Assembly (NCBI RefSeq): GCF_018977255.1
Contig: NW_024705267.1
Span: 1-57,712 of the forward strand
Direction: 5' to 3'
Source: Callorhinchus milii
Lineage: Eukaryota
DNA: 57,712 bases
The notes beneath the pieces are model-generated. The model did not search any database. It saw only the letters and a program-made list of their open reading frames with translations, and had not been told where the DNA came from. Positions 1-11,451 of the stretch are shown one piece after another. Numbering within the stretch: the stretch's first letter is position 1; every line of letters begins with the position of its first letter. Both the position numbers and the translations under genes were made by a program.

Positions 1-202
1 TTTTTAAAATATTCCGAATCCGAAGAAAATGCCTCTCCTTGTTATTTTGGTTTGCCGGCTCTTGATCGTTTCCATCATAAATCAGCGGCAACATCGTCAG
101 CGTCATCATCATTATTGCAACCACCGATAGACTACTGCCATCAACCGCATGCCTCCCATAGCTAAACAAAACACAATGTAACTGGTACTGTATTTTGACT
201 TT

Positions 203-710
203 TTGGCGGTACACCGGTGAAGCATAACAACACGCCGGTCCTCATCAAACAGTCTGACAATGTCGCTGTTGCCCCTTGAGTGAGCCGCAGACTTCTCCAT
301 CAGAAGTTGCACTTCGATTCAGCAGCTACTTTCCAATTCGAACGTGTGACTTGAGGCATCATCTTTTGAAATCACCGTCCACCAAGTAATTATTCTGGAA
401 GTGAATCAAGGAACCGTCCGAACAAGTCTATGGCGTGAGTCAAATCTGCCTTGGGAACACGGAGCAAGCCAATCGTCACCAGGCTGGGTGCTGCTATACG
501 GCAACAGACTGTGAAGCTTCTTCGTGAGCAGCCGCTCGTATAAACGTTCCGTCTTACGACTGCTTCGACATCACGAGAACCGATGTTGACGCACCACCAC
601 CACCCCGCAAGATTTTCTGACCGGGGTTGCTAATCGCGGGAAAATAAATAATTATTACAAGAAATTTGATTTATTTTTATGCCGTGCACCACCGGTGTAC
701 CGCCAATACG
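203..710. mobile_element. About 500-bp MITE with TIR TTGGCGGTACACCGGT
   Basis: Inverted termini; second copy in the opposite orientation at about 22047-22530. Confidence 0.7.
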
Positions 711-1135
711 TTCATTTGTCAAAACATCCCAATGCTGAAAAATGAATTGCAAATGACTCAATTGGGAGTTTTCACAGTAACATCGCGACCCCGACTGCGA
801 AAAACTTGGCATAGTCTAATAGACTCAGCGAGGCTCTCCTGGGTAAACTAGTGGATGGGGTGGTGGCTCAGTGATCCGAACGTGGTGACCGAGTTCGATT
901 TCCGCTCACGGCTAACACCAGTGAAGATTATCTGAACCGGTCCTAGGCCTCCCCTAGGTCGACTCAGCCTGACAATCTACTGGGGAGACAAAGGCGGCCG
1001 GCCGTGGTTCTGGCCACCTACCCCCTCGTGCGCCGCGCCTGCCTTCATCGGCACTACTCGCCAGCGGCGTTAGCCCCAACAGCCTGTTAAGGCTACAAGG
1101 TGGGAGTTGATCTTCGTCTTTGCCTGTGAATCCAG

Positions 1136-1277
1136 TCGGGCAGGGCCAGACCCCGTGGAGCTGCAGAGGCAGCAGGAGTCGCGGCGGCGCGCCCTCGCGC
1201 GCAAGAGAGCCAAGGCCGCGCTGCGCCCCTTCTCCCCGAGCCCGTGGAGGGCCGCAAGCACGTTGACGTACAGACCG
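1136..1277 (+). CDS. RSPH3: RSPH3 exon 3 (contains a compensating +1/-1 indel pair)
   Basis: PDPVELQRQQESRRRALARKRAK..PEPVEGRKHVDVQT; ccag acceptor, gtgag donor, 142 bp. Confidence 0.88.
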
Positions 1278-1694
1278 GTGAGCACGGTGGGGGTGGGGGG
1301 CGCGGTTGTCTCTCTCTCTCTCTCTCTCTCGCAGCCTCTTGCCCCTTCTCCGCTGACACAGCACGAGCAGGGCCAGCGCGGGGGGCACCTCGTGGCACGG
1401 GTGTGTTTTTCCGCTGCCCATATACCTACCGAGCCGAGCCGGAACCAAACTGCGACGCTCCGCTGCGCCTCCCTGTGCTCTGACAATCTGATTGTGGCTC
1501 GGGGGCCAAGCAGGGCCACGGGCAGTGGGGGGGGGGCTCACGATGCGGTCATCACATGCGGCCTCATTCTCCGCACCGTGGACGCAGCGGATAAACAACC
1601 TGGTGCCTGAGCCATGCCGACTATAGCGAGGCATTTGACTCGGTGGAAATTGACGTGTGTACGCACCGTGTATGTGTGTTGCGTTCGCACGCAG

Positions 1695-1840
1695 AGTTGT
1701 ACCTGGAGGAGCTGAGTGGCCGTGTGCAGGAGCGCGACTGGGGCTGTCAGACGGACGCCTTCCTCGACCGCCCCGCTAGCCCTCTCTTCATCCCCGCCAA
1801 GAGCGGGCGCGATGCCACCACGCAGATCCTGCCGGGCGAG
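1695..1840 (+). CDS. RSPH3: RSPH3 exon 4
   Basis: ELYLEELSGRVQERDWGCQTDAFLDRPASPLFIPAKSGRDATTQILPGE; apparent GC donor (GAG|GCACGC). Confidence 0.9.
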
Positions 1841-2129
1841 GCACGCCAACTTACGCCCACTCACACGCCCACTCACACGCACACACAGCCTTTGACAGAC
1901 TGGTGGGGCAAGTGCTGTTAGCGAGCAACCTATGAAGGCTTGCACGGCACACGAGGGGGCGGGTGGTCTGCATCATGCCCGGCCGCCTTTGTCTCTCCTC
2001 CCCAGTGGCGATGTTTACACACCATACCAGGTACTCATTTGAGGCTGAGTCGACCTAGGGAAGGCCCAGGACCGAGCGGTTCAGATAATCGTCACTGGTG
2101 TTGGCCGTGAGAACGACGTATAGGCTGTC

Positions 2130-2360
2130 GCCTGATGAGACTGGTTGTAACTACCGGCTAAACATTGTACTCAAATTGTAAATGTTGTGGGTTTACCCTC
2201 CAAGACACCGGTGTGCTGAACTAGTGCCTAATTAGCACGTTTTATTACGTGTCAAACCTTACTAATTGGCTGTGTCTGGCAGCGAAGGGTTTAACGACAC
2301 ATTTATATTTACGCGATCTAACTAAAATAAAACCCTTTATGGATATTGGTCGCGACAGCC
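2130..2360 (+). repeat. Interspersed repeat family C (pLTR-like, degenerate hammerhead at its 5' end)
   Basis: ACACCGGTGTGCT..TTGGCTGTGTC..ACGACACATTTATATTTACGCGATCTAAC; copies at about 12053-12310, 50050-50260(-), 51155-51380, 51500-51600. Confidence 0.65.
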
Positions 2361-3092
2361 CTACTACTACGTGTTAGACAGCTTCACAACACAACGCACC
2401 AATCACTGCATCACCACTCCACCCAATATGTCTGGCAGCAAGTGTCCTTGTCTGCAGATATCTCGCGGTTCACCACAATTTGCGTTTAAGCAAGCATTGG
2501 CTCCTCTGCTGGTGAAACACAGCAAGGCCGTGTTGCTGACGAGATGTGTAAAAAAATACTTTCGCATATGACACCACACTTACACCTCGATATACGTGCA
2601 TTCGCCACAACAACCAAGCATTCGCCGCTAGGTGGACGTGACGTCGCGACGGGGGTTCGTGCCAGGCTAGGTGCACTTGGAGGCCATCACGCGAAGTGCG
2701 GACGGCTCGCCGCTGCTGTCAGGAGGAGGTCACGGGGCAGGCCTGAGGGGTGGGGGGGCTATGCAAGATACCACCGTGGGCCCTCTCTCTTTCTTCCGAC
2801 TCACTTTTAACTGAAATAGCTGCGGATGTTTTTAACTAGTAGACAATCATTTGTAGGCTACAACTATATATATATTATTCTTGTTATAAAAGTTTATTTA
2901 ATATTTATTTACATTTAATTACTTGTTTCCCTGTTTGATTTGGGGCCCCCTTGCGGCCGACTGGGCCCCTGTGCGTGTCGCTGCTGCCACAAAGCCTCCC
3001 CACTCCGCCATAGTTGCACCCCTGTGTGGAAGGACAGATACGCGAATGAGGTGCACCGCTTAATAATTTAGCATCCTGTGTGTACGGTTATA

Positions 3093-3348
3093 CAGGGTGC
3101 TTCAAAAAAATGTTAACACTTATATGGGACTATCGTTTTGTTGGAAAAATAGAACGGATAATAGACTGTAATGTGATAACAAATGTATGTTAATAGCTTC
3201 AGAAAGGCAAAGCGTCTCCACTCGTTCGCCATCGTTGTCAACGCACACCTGGAATCTTCTCCAGGTGGTCTCCAGAGCCCGGAGGCACATTTCTTGTGGT
3301 ATTGTTTGCAAATTCTCAGAAGTGTTAACATTTGTTTGAAGCACCCTG
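3093..3348. mobile_element. Tc1/mariner-type MITE
   Basis: TIR CAGGGTGCTTCAAA..TGTTAACACTT, TA TSD; a second copy is split by the Penelope insertion (about 20085-20190 plus 21311-21408). Confidence 0.8.
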
Positions 3349-3416
3349 TATTATATTTGTTTATACATGTTTATATATATATGTTTGTACGTATGGCTGA
3401 TTTCCGCGCACCTTAG

Positions 3417-3619
3417 CTGTTTGACTTTGAGGTGGAGGTACGGCCCCTGGTGGAGGTGCTCGGGGCAAGACGGTGGAGCAGTCGCTGCTGGAGGTGATGG
3501 AGGAGGAGGAGCTGGCGTCGCTGCGTGCCCAGCAGCGCGCCTTCCTGGAGCTGCGCAACGCCGAGCGCGCCGAGGCCCAGCGGCTCCACGAGCAGGACCG
3601 GAGGCTGCGCGCCGAGAAG
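3417..3619 (+). CDS. RSPH3: RSPH3 exon 5 (1-bp deletion near 3462)
   Basis: LFDFEVEVRPLVEVL/GKTVEQSLLEVMEEEELASLRAQQRAFLELRNAERAEAQRLHEQDRRLRAEK; tag acceptor, gtgac donor. Confidence 0.9.
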
Positions 3620-3741
3620 GTGACGCGGCCTCGCGCCCCTTGCGCCCGGCCAGAGTGATCAACTGCAGCCTGGCACCCATACGGGAAAACTCTAACCCAC
3701 AGCTCTGTCACCCAAACCCCCCCCCCGGCTGCCCCTTGCAG

Positions 3742-3904
3742 GATCGCCGGCGGCGGCAGCAGCAGGAGGTGGTGGCGCAGGAGAAGGAGGTGGCGGACAA
3801 GGTGGCGGCGCGGGCGTTCGCCAAGCGCTACCTGGGCGACCTCATCCCGGCCGTGTTCAGCACGCTGCGCGACACGGGATACTTCTACGACCCCGTCGAG
3901 AGGG
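3742..3904 (+). CDS. RSPH3: RSPH3 exon 6
   Basis: DRRRRQQQEVVAQEKEVADKVAARAFAKRYLGDLIPAVFSTLRDTGYFYDPVER; AG/GT boundaries. Confidence 0.92.
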
Positions 3905-4446
3905 GTGCGCGGATGACCGCGGCGGAGCGCGACGCCGCGCGTCCGACCGTCGTGGCGGCACCGCCCGATCAATTAGCCGCCCCCCCCTCCCCTCCCCCTG
4001 TGCGCCGTGAGGAGAGGTGGCGCCGCCACTTTAGCAGCGGGTTTGGCAGTCGCAATTCATTCTGTTGCGGTGCCTCCGTCCACACGTCTCCCTCGTGTGC
4101 GTTCCCTTGTGCCTCCCCATACATCCATCCGTCTGTCGTTGTACCGCCCTGTGGCGTGGCGACCCGGGTTCGATTCCCGCTCACGGTCGACACCGGTGAC
4201 GATTATCTGAAACCGGTCCTGGACCTCCCATAGGTCGACTAGGCCTCAAATGAGTACCTGGTGCGGTGTGTAGGCATCGCCACTCGGGAGATAAAGGCGG
4301 CCGGGCGTGGTGCTGGCCACCCACCCCTCGAGTGCCCTCATAGATGCTACTCGCGAACAGGGCTTGCCCTAACGGACTGCTACAGGTTATACGGGGCTCT
4401 TTGTACTGCCCTGTGTGATGACCCACGTTTCCCCGTGTGTCCCTAG

Positions 4447-4533
4447 ATGTGGAGAATGCGTTCATGCCCTGGCTGATGAACGCCGTGGAGGCAGAGCTCC
4501 ATAAGGCACTGGAGGCCCGAGCTCTCCTGGACT
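4447..4533 (+). CDS. RSPH3: RSPH3 exon 7
   Basis: DVENAFMPWLMNAVEAELHKALEARALLD; tag acceptor, gtgag donor; the terminal exon was not found in the window. Confidence 0.88.
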
Positions 4534-5779
4534 GTGAGCAGCCAAACAACCTACAATACATCAATACAAATCTACAAACAAAGTGCACACAACAACACAA
4601 TAATCGCCATTTGCCACTAAGCGGCAGTGACTTGAAGTGTCAAGCGCCGCTGGCAGGAGGTCACAGGACCGACCCAGGTGCCATGGGTTGACTGACTTGA
4701 GATGACTGGCCGATACACCACGTGAACCCACATACACGCAGGCGTACACATGTATATATACATACACATTCGTACTTATACACACGGTATATCCACAAGT
4801 TACGTGCATTAAACATATACACCTGTACACCCTACATACACGTACATTCTCTCAGTTTGCGGCGTTTGTCAGGACCAAGTTGGTACTTATTTAGTCTGTG
4901 GATCTCAGTGCTTAGAGGGTAGGGGATGTTGAAGCCCGTGATGGCAGCACGCCCTCTTGAGCTCAGAGTCTGGAGAGACTTCCACACATTTTCGGAAGCG
5001 CTCACAAGCCTGGGTTGTTCTCGTTCTTCGCAGCGATCATCCGCGACGTGGCAGCTCGTAGAGAGAGGAGCTACGGAGGAGGAGAGCCTTCTGAGAGCTA
5101 AGGACACCTGGGATGTCATCTGAAGTGACGCCAACCCAAAACATCTTCCCCACTCTCGGTGGTTTCAGAGGAATCGTAATGGCCGCGTCAAAGCCACCGA
5201 GTTCCTGGCTTCGAATCCAGAGCTTCCCATTCGTGTGGTATTGCAAAAAGAAGGCGATGTCTTACAGAGTTTGATGCTGTTGTGCTATATTGCCAATGAG
5301 TGAGCACAACAATAAATGTAATTGTCAAACTGGATTTTTGCTTCATTCCTGAATGAATCAAATACATTTCTTTTGGTAAATATACCTGCAATGGATATCA
5401 TTGCGTTGATGTGAATAATTTGAATGTTGGAGGGTTGTTGAAAAGTCTGTGTCTGAACAAAGCAACGATGGGCTGGTTAGCGTGGCAACCAAGAAACAGA
5501 ACGCGTCTGAGAGGGCCCGTACACTGAAGGAGATGCAGCGATGACATCAGTTCGTGCGAAAGTGCTAGACTGATTATTGAAATGCAAGTTTCGTGAGAGG
5601 TGGTGGTGGTGGCATGGAGAGGCCTTCGTCCACAGCTGATGATGACATGGTTAGACTACGTTATATTCGTACACGTTCCGTTGAAGTGAAATACTCCTGG
5701 TCCATCATCATCATCATCGATGTCGCAAGGCTTTAGTCCCCACCCTAAAGAACACCACCAACTCCTGGCCATATCGCAG

Positions 5780-5862
5780 CCCCACGCCTCCAACACCTGG
5801 CAAGCCCTGGTGGTCACCCGTCCAAGCACCAACCAGGCTCAAAAAGCCTGCTTAGCCTGACG
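5780..5862 (-). pseudogene. 5S rRNA-derived fragment (pseudogene or SINE3 head)
   Basis: Minus strand GCTAAGCAGG..GCCTGGTTGGTGCTTGGACGGGTGACC..GGTGTTGGAGGC resembles the 5S 3' half; a similar fragment lies at about 52857-52930(+). Confidence 0.55.
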
Positions 5863-6255
5863 TGCGATGAGGTTGGGCACAGTCCATTCTTCACTCAAGA
5901 TGAACAGCAAGTGCTGGGTGTTTGCTCGGTGTAGAAGATTACATCGAGGCCTTCAGCGTGAATGTGTGTGTGCCTTGACGGGCTCGGAGTAACGCACATG
6001 GCTGCACAGTTCATCTGTTTGAATTTTTTTATTTCACATTACAGAACCTCCAAATTTCCAGAGCCGCCAATGCGGTGTGAATAACGTCACGGAGAAGAGG
6101 TCCTTAAAGAGGCACCGCATGCGGCACGGGAGCCACAGGTTGCAGACCCCCTGGTGATGATGATCAGCACGGCACTGTTGTCGGCACTTCCGCTCTCGGT
6201 GATTGGCAATGATGGCGATGTTGAATGGGAGTGCGGGTATCGTCGATGGCCTCAC

Positions 6256-6343
6256 CGTGGGCTGCAAGTGCTGCGCGTACGTGTTCCCACGCACAACGCG
6301 CCGGTCGTACATGATGTTGCCAAAGCGATCCAAGCCATCGTCC
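6256..6343 (-). CDS. RSPH3: RSPH3 exon 2
   Basis: DDGLDRFGNIMYDRRVVRGNTYAQHLQPT matches the conserved GNIMYDRRVxRGNTYA motif; cag acceptor, gtgag donor, 88 bp, phase matches exon 1. Confidence 0.92.
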
Positions 6344-7004
6344 CTGCAACGTCACCACCACCACCACCATCGTCGTCATCATCATCCTCTCCCCAACATG
6401 GGGCAAAACAAAACAATATCTTACATCGCATTGTTTTCTCAAAAGCCAAAAGTGTCTCCCAGTTCAAAGGAACGACGTATCATGTCCGGCACTGCCAATT
6501 GTTAACGTAGCGTCCGACGTTGACAGCGGCCGACGTTCACCGCCAAGTAGCTGTCACCACGGCGCTTGTGCCAGGCTAGGTGTACATCTAGACCGTCGCC
6601 AGAGGCGTGGATCACGGAAGGCTCCCGCTGCTGCTGGAAGAATGTCACCGGACAGACCCAGGTGTTGTGGGTTGACCCATGTGCCAGGCTAGGTGCACGG
6701 TTGCCTTCGCCCCGGTGCGAAATTTAGTTCGACATACACACACGCAAGAGGTCACGGGAGGGAGCGGTGCGTTATGGGTCACTTGATACAGATGCGCCGC
6801 CTGTGCTGTCCACTCTGCCACCTCGCTGAGAATTTCCTGTCCGGCGATGTTGGGACGGCGACCGCCTCCAACTTGCCCAGCAGCTCTCGAATAATCCACC
6901 AAGACGGTGGCACTTGACCAGCAGCGTTCATTCACGAGCCTCCTCGTCCAGGGAGGCCAAACTTAACATCGCTGGTGCCGGTCACGGGTGACGGAATACA
7001 GAGA

Positions 7005-7757
7005 TGGGGACTCACGGCTGGCATCAGTCAAGGATTTAGTCAAGCAGTGATGAGAGAGACTCACGGCTGGCATCAGTCAAGGAGTGGATATAGGCTCACG
7101 TCTGCCTGTAGTGAAGCAATGAAGTAGTGATGATAGAGACTCACGGCTGCCTGTAGTGAAGTAGTGATGAGACTCACGTCTGCCTGTAGTGAAGTAGTGA
7201 AGCAGTGATGATAGAGACTCACGTCTGCCTGTAGTGAAGCAGTGAAGTAGTGATGATAGAGACTCACGTCTGCCTGTAGTGAAGTAGTGAAGCAGTGATG
7301 ATAGAGACTCACGTCTGCCTGTAGTGAAGCAGTGAAGTAGTGATGATAGAGACTCACGTCTGCCTGTAGTGAAGTAGTGAAGCAGTGATGATAGAGACTC
7401 ACGTCTGCCTGTAGTGAAGCAGTGAAGTAGTGATGATAGAGACTCACGTCTGCCTGTAGTGAAGTAGTGAAGCAGTGATGATAGAGACTCACGTCTGCCT
7501 GTAGTGAAGTAGTGAAGCAGTGATGATAGAGACTCACGTCTGCCTGTAGTGAAGCAGTGAAGTAGTGATGATAGAGACTCACGTCTGCCTGTAGTGAAGT
7601 AGTGAAGCAGTGATGATAGAGACTCACGTCTGCCTGTAGTGAAGCAGTGAAGAGTGAAGTAGTGATGATAGAGACTCACGTCTGCCTGTAGTGAAGTAGT
7701 GAAGCAGTGATGATAGAGACTCACGTCTGCCTGTAGTGAAGTAGTGATGAGACTCAC
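7005..7757. repeat. 45-bp minisatellite built from the RSPH3 exon 1 donor junction
   Basis: GAGACTCACGTCTGCCTGTAGTGAAG(C/T)AGTGAAG(T/C)AGTGATGATA with a 45-bp period, about 17 units. Confidence 0.95.
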
Positions 7758-7855
7758 GTCTGTCTGTAGGGGGCCCGTAGCGGCACGGGTCGCGGGCGGC
7801 TCGTGAAGGTGTAGTAGGCCTCGCTCTGGGGCTGCTGCGCTAGGAACGCCGCCAT
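7758..7855 (-). CDS. RSPH3: Radial spoke head protein 3, first coding exon
   Basis: MAAFLAQQPQSEAYYTFTSRPRPVPLRAPYRQ resembles the RSPH3 N-terminus (YTYTSRPR..RYR); ends phase 2 at a GTGAGT donor. Confidence 0.85.
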
Positions 7856-8236
7856 CTCCCTGCTGGGCGAGCGACTCGGAGCTCCACCAGAGACGCCTCC
7901 CTCGGGGGGCGAACCGCGACGTGGACGTGAAGCGGAGCGACAGAGGAGATGAGAGAGGTGAGGGAGATGAGAGAGGTGAGGGAGATGAGAGAGGTGAAGG
8001 AGAGGAGAGAGGATGAAGTGAGATGAGAGGTGAGATGAGAGATGAGTGAGAGACGGAGATGAGAGGGAGATGAGATGAGGGAGATATGAGAGCGATGACA
8101 AGAGAGATGAGAGAGGGGATGAGAGAGATGAGAGAGATGAGAGGGAGATGAGAGGTGAGTGAGAGATGTAGGAGAGAGCTTCTGGGGGTTGGATTCTTCA
8201 AAAAAGTTAAATTCTCAGTTGGGCCGCGGCCTTCCC

Positions 8237-8250
8237 GTCTCCATGGAGAC
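8237..8250. promoter_or_regulatory. RFX X-box upstream of RSPH3 exon 1
   Basis: Perfect palindrome GTCTCCATGGAGAC fits the X-box consensus GTYNCC-AT-GGNRAC, in a CpG-rich patch about 380 bp upstream of the ATG of a motile-cilia gene. Confidence 0.7.
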
Positions 8251-8503
8251 CGACTGACGCACCGCTCCGCCGCAGGTAAATATAGCGCGCGCGCAAACCG
8301 CGGGTTTATATTAAAGTTTACTAACTTACACTACTAAATGCTGCCGCATGCATCTCTTCGTTCGTTTTGTTGTTGATTTTAAATGAATTATTTTTTAGTT
8401 TTCTCTCGGTTGTCCGCAACGGAGCCGCCTTCCCGCATATCGCTGCGCGCCGTCCCCGCAGTCTCAATCGGCCGGCGCTACTTCTGTGTACACAAGCCCC
8501 GTT

Positions 8504-8518
8504 GTTGCCAGGGGCGAC
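8504..8518. promoter_or_regulatory. Second RFX X-box candidate
   Basis: GTTGCC-AGG-GGCGAC. Confidence 0.55.
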
Positions 8519-8669
8519 GCGGGGACGTCAACAACAAAAACCGAAGCGGCGCGTTCGGTGGTTGCCGCGCGCTGATTCGCGCCCCCGCAGCAGCCCAATA
8601 ACATTGGGGCGGCAGCCGCCGGTCTTCCGAATGCACATTCGGCAATTGTTGATCAATTTAAATGCGTTG

Positions 8670-9480
8670 TTAAAACAATGAGGATTGTGACTTTGTTTTT
8701 TACCCTTTCTGGCAATAAAACAGGAGGTGTGTTTATATGTTGAAACACCAAATTGATGATACATTTTGCAGGTCTGCTTTAACCACACGTTACCTGTGGG
8801 AAAACATGCACACAAACATGCTCTGATAAGAATGGCGGGATGCATTGTTTATTAAACTGATCGTCCTCCACGAGAGACGGCAGACTTCTTGATGGCCAAG
8901 TCTCAGTCTCTGTGCCAGACCAGAGAACAGCAAACGGCGAACAGCACAAAGACAATGCAATTATTGAGCAGTAATATCTATGGGACCTTTTTTCCAGTCT
9001 CAAAATGATGAAACTTTAGAAGCTAATCCCCTCTTCCTGATGACGAACGCTTGTGTTGCGATCGAAACGTCGTAGTTTTTTTGAAAGTTTTTGTAATTTT
9101 CTTTGAACCTATCTACGTGACTTTACTGAAAGACCCAAAGAATATGATGAAACAGTGATAGGTTTTACCTATAAATGCTCTGCCACGCTGCAGTGTCTTT
9201 GTCCCGTTCGCCTTGTGCTGTCCTCTGGTCTAACACTGGCGGTGAGACTGGGCCTTAAAGAAAGCTGTCCCTGGTGTAGACCAATCAGTTCCAAAGACAA
9301 TGCGTATAACATGATCAGAGCATGTTTATTTGCATGTGTTGCCACAAATAACGTGCGTGGTCGATGCAGACTTGATGCCTTGCAAGAGGTATCATCTCTT
9401 TGGTGCTTGAACATCTAAACACCACTCCTTTCTTACTGCCAGAAAGGGTCAACACCGATTCATGTTTCATCATTTTTGAT
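8670..9480. mobile_element. Long-inverted-repeat (foldback-like) DNA element with a Penelope hammerhead fragment inside (about 9020-9150)
   Basis: Imperfect inverted arms; related copy at about 28855-29425 and an arm at about 50620-50755. Confidence 0.6.
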
Positions 9481-9797
9481 ACTGGCAAAACAAGGACCCA
9501 TCGATATTGCGTCGTTGTTGTTGTTAAGTAAATCTTGATTTGTTGTTAAGTAACGTTTGTTATTTGACAGTGAAGTTGATCGTTTTATTGTTCAGTTAAT
9601 TCGGCCCACGAAGACTCGTGTCCCCTTCCGTCGTATCCCGTCTGTGGATATCAAAACAAACCTTGGGCGCTGCGTCTTATCATTCGGTAACTCGTTATTT
9701 TTTGCACGTGCTATGAAGAAAAGGGCCATTGACCGAAACGTTGCCTGTTATATATTTCCTTTTAAGGCTGATGTGTTGGTGTTTAAAAATATATATA

Positions 9798-10327
9798 CAG
9801 GGACTTCCCTACTTACGGACGAGTTAGGTTCCAGAGGTCTGTTCGTAAGAGTTGTATAATCTCCTGTAGATGCCACTGGTTCTTCATGTTCTGCAGATGT
9901 AGATGCCACTGGTTCTTCACGTTCTGTCGATGTAGATGCCACTGGGTCTTCATGTTCTGCAGACTTAGATGCCACTGGTTCTTCATGTTCTGCAGATGTA
10001 GATGCCACTGGTTCTTCATGTTCTGCAGATGTAGATGCCACTGGTTCTTCATGTTCTGCAGATGTAGATGCCACTGGTTCTTCACGTTCTGCAGATGTAG
10101 ATGCCACTGGTTCTTCATGTTCTGCAGATGTAGATGCCACTGGTTCTTCACGTTCTGCAGATGTAGATGCCACTGGTTCTTCATGTTCTGCAGATGTAGA
10201 TGCCACCACCGCCATCTATTGCGCGGCGGTTGAACTTACGACTCTCGATCTGAACATGCAACTGGACATACGTACAGGTTTGTTCGTATCTCTGAAAGTT
10301 CGTAAGTCGTAAGTAGAGGAGTGCCTG
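9798..10327. mobile_element. Tigger/pogo-like non-autonomous element with an internal 33-bp tandem array
   Basis: Imperfect TIR CAGG(G/C)ACT..CTACTTACG, TA flanks; about 10 copies of TGCAGATGTAGATGCCACTGGTTCTTCATGTTC at 9866-10206. Confidence 0.7.
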
Positions 10328-11169
10328 TATTTTACAATCCGAAAGGTGAGTGTGTTGACCATATTCGTGTGAGGTTGCTGCGTCTTACTCTCCGGCGCAT
10401 CTTATATTTGGGACAATAAACACGGCGACTGGAAACACTGCGAAGTTACGCGCGGAGTGATTGTTTAACAACAACAACACAACACGGTATGTATGGAGAT
10501 GGTTACTGTGAGTACATTTTTATTTATTTCGGTACTGCTAACAAAGTGTGAAAAACAGCCAGAGCGAATGCGAGCAGACTATTAATCGAGCTGTGGGTTA
10601 AATGTTAAACGCACTCTGCGAGTGGGTAAACTATCAAAGCATGATGAATATTTAAATAAAACAATAGTTTAGTGTATGGTTTCACTTATTTGGCCGCTAT
10701 AAATGTCCACATGATGATAAGCCACTTCGTTGAGCTATCATTTGTGACAACCACGTCGCTTCTGAAGAAAAGCGATATAGCCCTCACCTGGAAAAAAATA
10801 GTTCAGTTTTAGTTGTTTTTTTGTTTAAATGAAAACAATATTAAGTAATTAAAAACATGCCCCCTCTTATCGCATGTGTGTCCACATTGTTCAGGAAGAT
10901 CACTAGGAGTAGAATGATGATAATAACGATAATGTAGAGACAAGGCCACCACATGGAACTCAACGCGCTGGGTGAAGTGGGAAATGTACAAAATGCACCT
11001 CTCACATTACACCCTCGAAAACACCGGTCGTGTCAGCATCGAACCGACCGCATCACGGAATCAACAGGCCGATGCGGACGCCTCCTTCATGAATGGTAAA
11101 TTAGAGACAATCCAGCTACACAGGAATAAAGGAACGATAGATGTTAGGATAGTTTAGATGATGCTGTTG

Positions 11170-11420
11170 GTTAAACAGGCTGTTGTGATGACAACTGTTG
11201 GTTGTGACAGGCTGTTGTGATGACAACTGTTGGTTGTGACAGGCTGTTGTGATGACAACTGTTGTTGTACAGGCTGTTGTGATGACAACTGTTGTTGTGA
11301 CATGCTGTTGTGGTGACAGCTGTTGGTTGTGACAGCCTGTTGTGGTGACAGTTGTTGGTTGTGACAGGCTGTTGTGATGACAACTGTTGTTTGAGACACG
11401 CTGTTGTGATGACAGCTGGT
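11170..11420. repeat. About 32-bp tandem repeat just past the NOX stop codon
   Basis: GGCTGTTGTGATGACAACTGTTGGTTGTGACA units. Confidence 0.9.
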
Positions 11421-11451
11421 AGGTGCACGAGACGCGCTGTGTGGGGCTCTG

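Noticed and set aside
3367-4233. 288-aa ORF as a single CDS
   Set aside because: Read-through of introns; only the exon 6 portion is in the RSPH3 frame.
4832-5400. RSPH3 terminal exon or another gene's exon
   Set aside because: No LIREVV-like sequence in a compatible phase; the ORFs are not recognisable.
7073-8201. 374-aa and 184-aa ORFs, and a CRISPR-like regular repeat
   Set aside because: Translations of the 45-bp minisatellite and GA-rich tract; units are head-to-tail with no unique spacers and there are no cas genes.
9748-10233. ORFs with EEPVASTSAEH and CRCRCHWFFMF repeats
   Set aside because: Products of a 33-bp tandem array inside a TIR-bounded transposon remnant; not a host gene.
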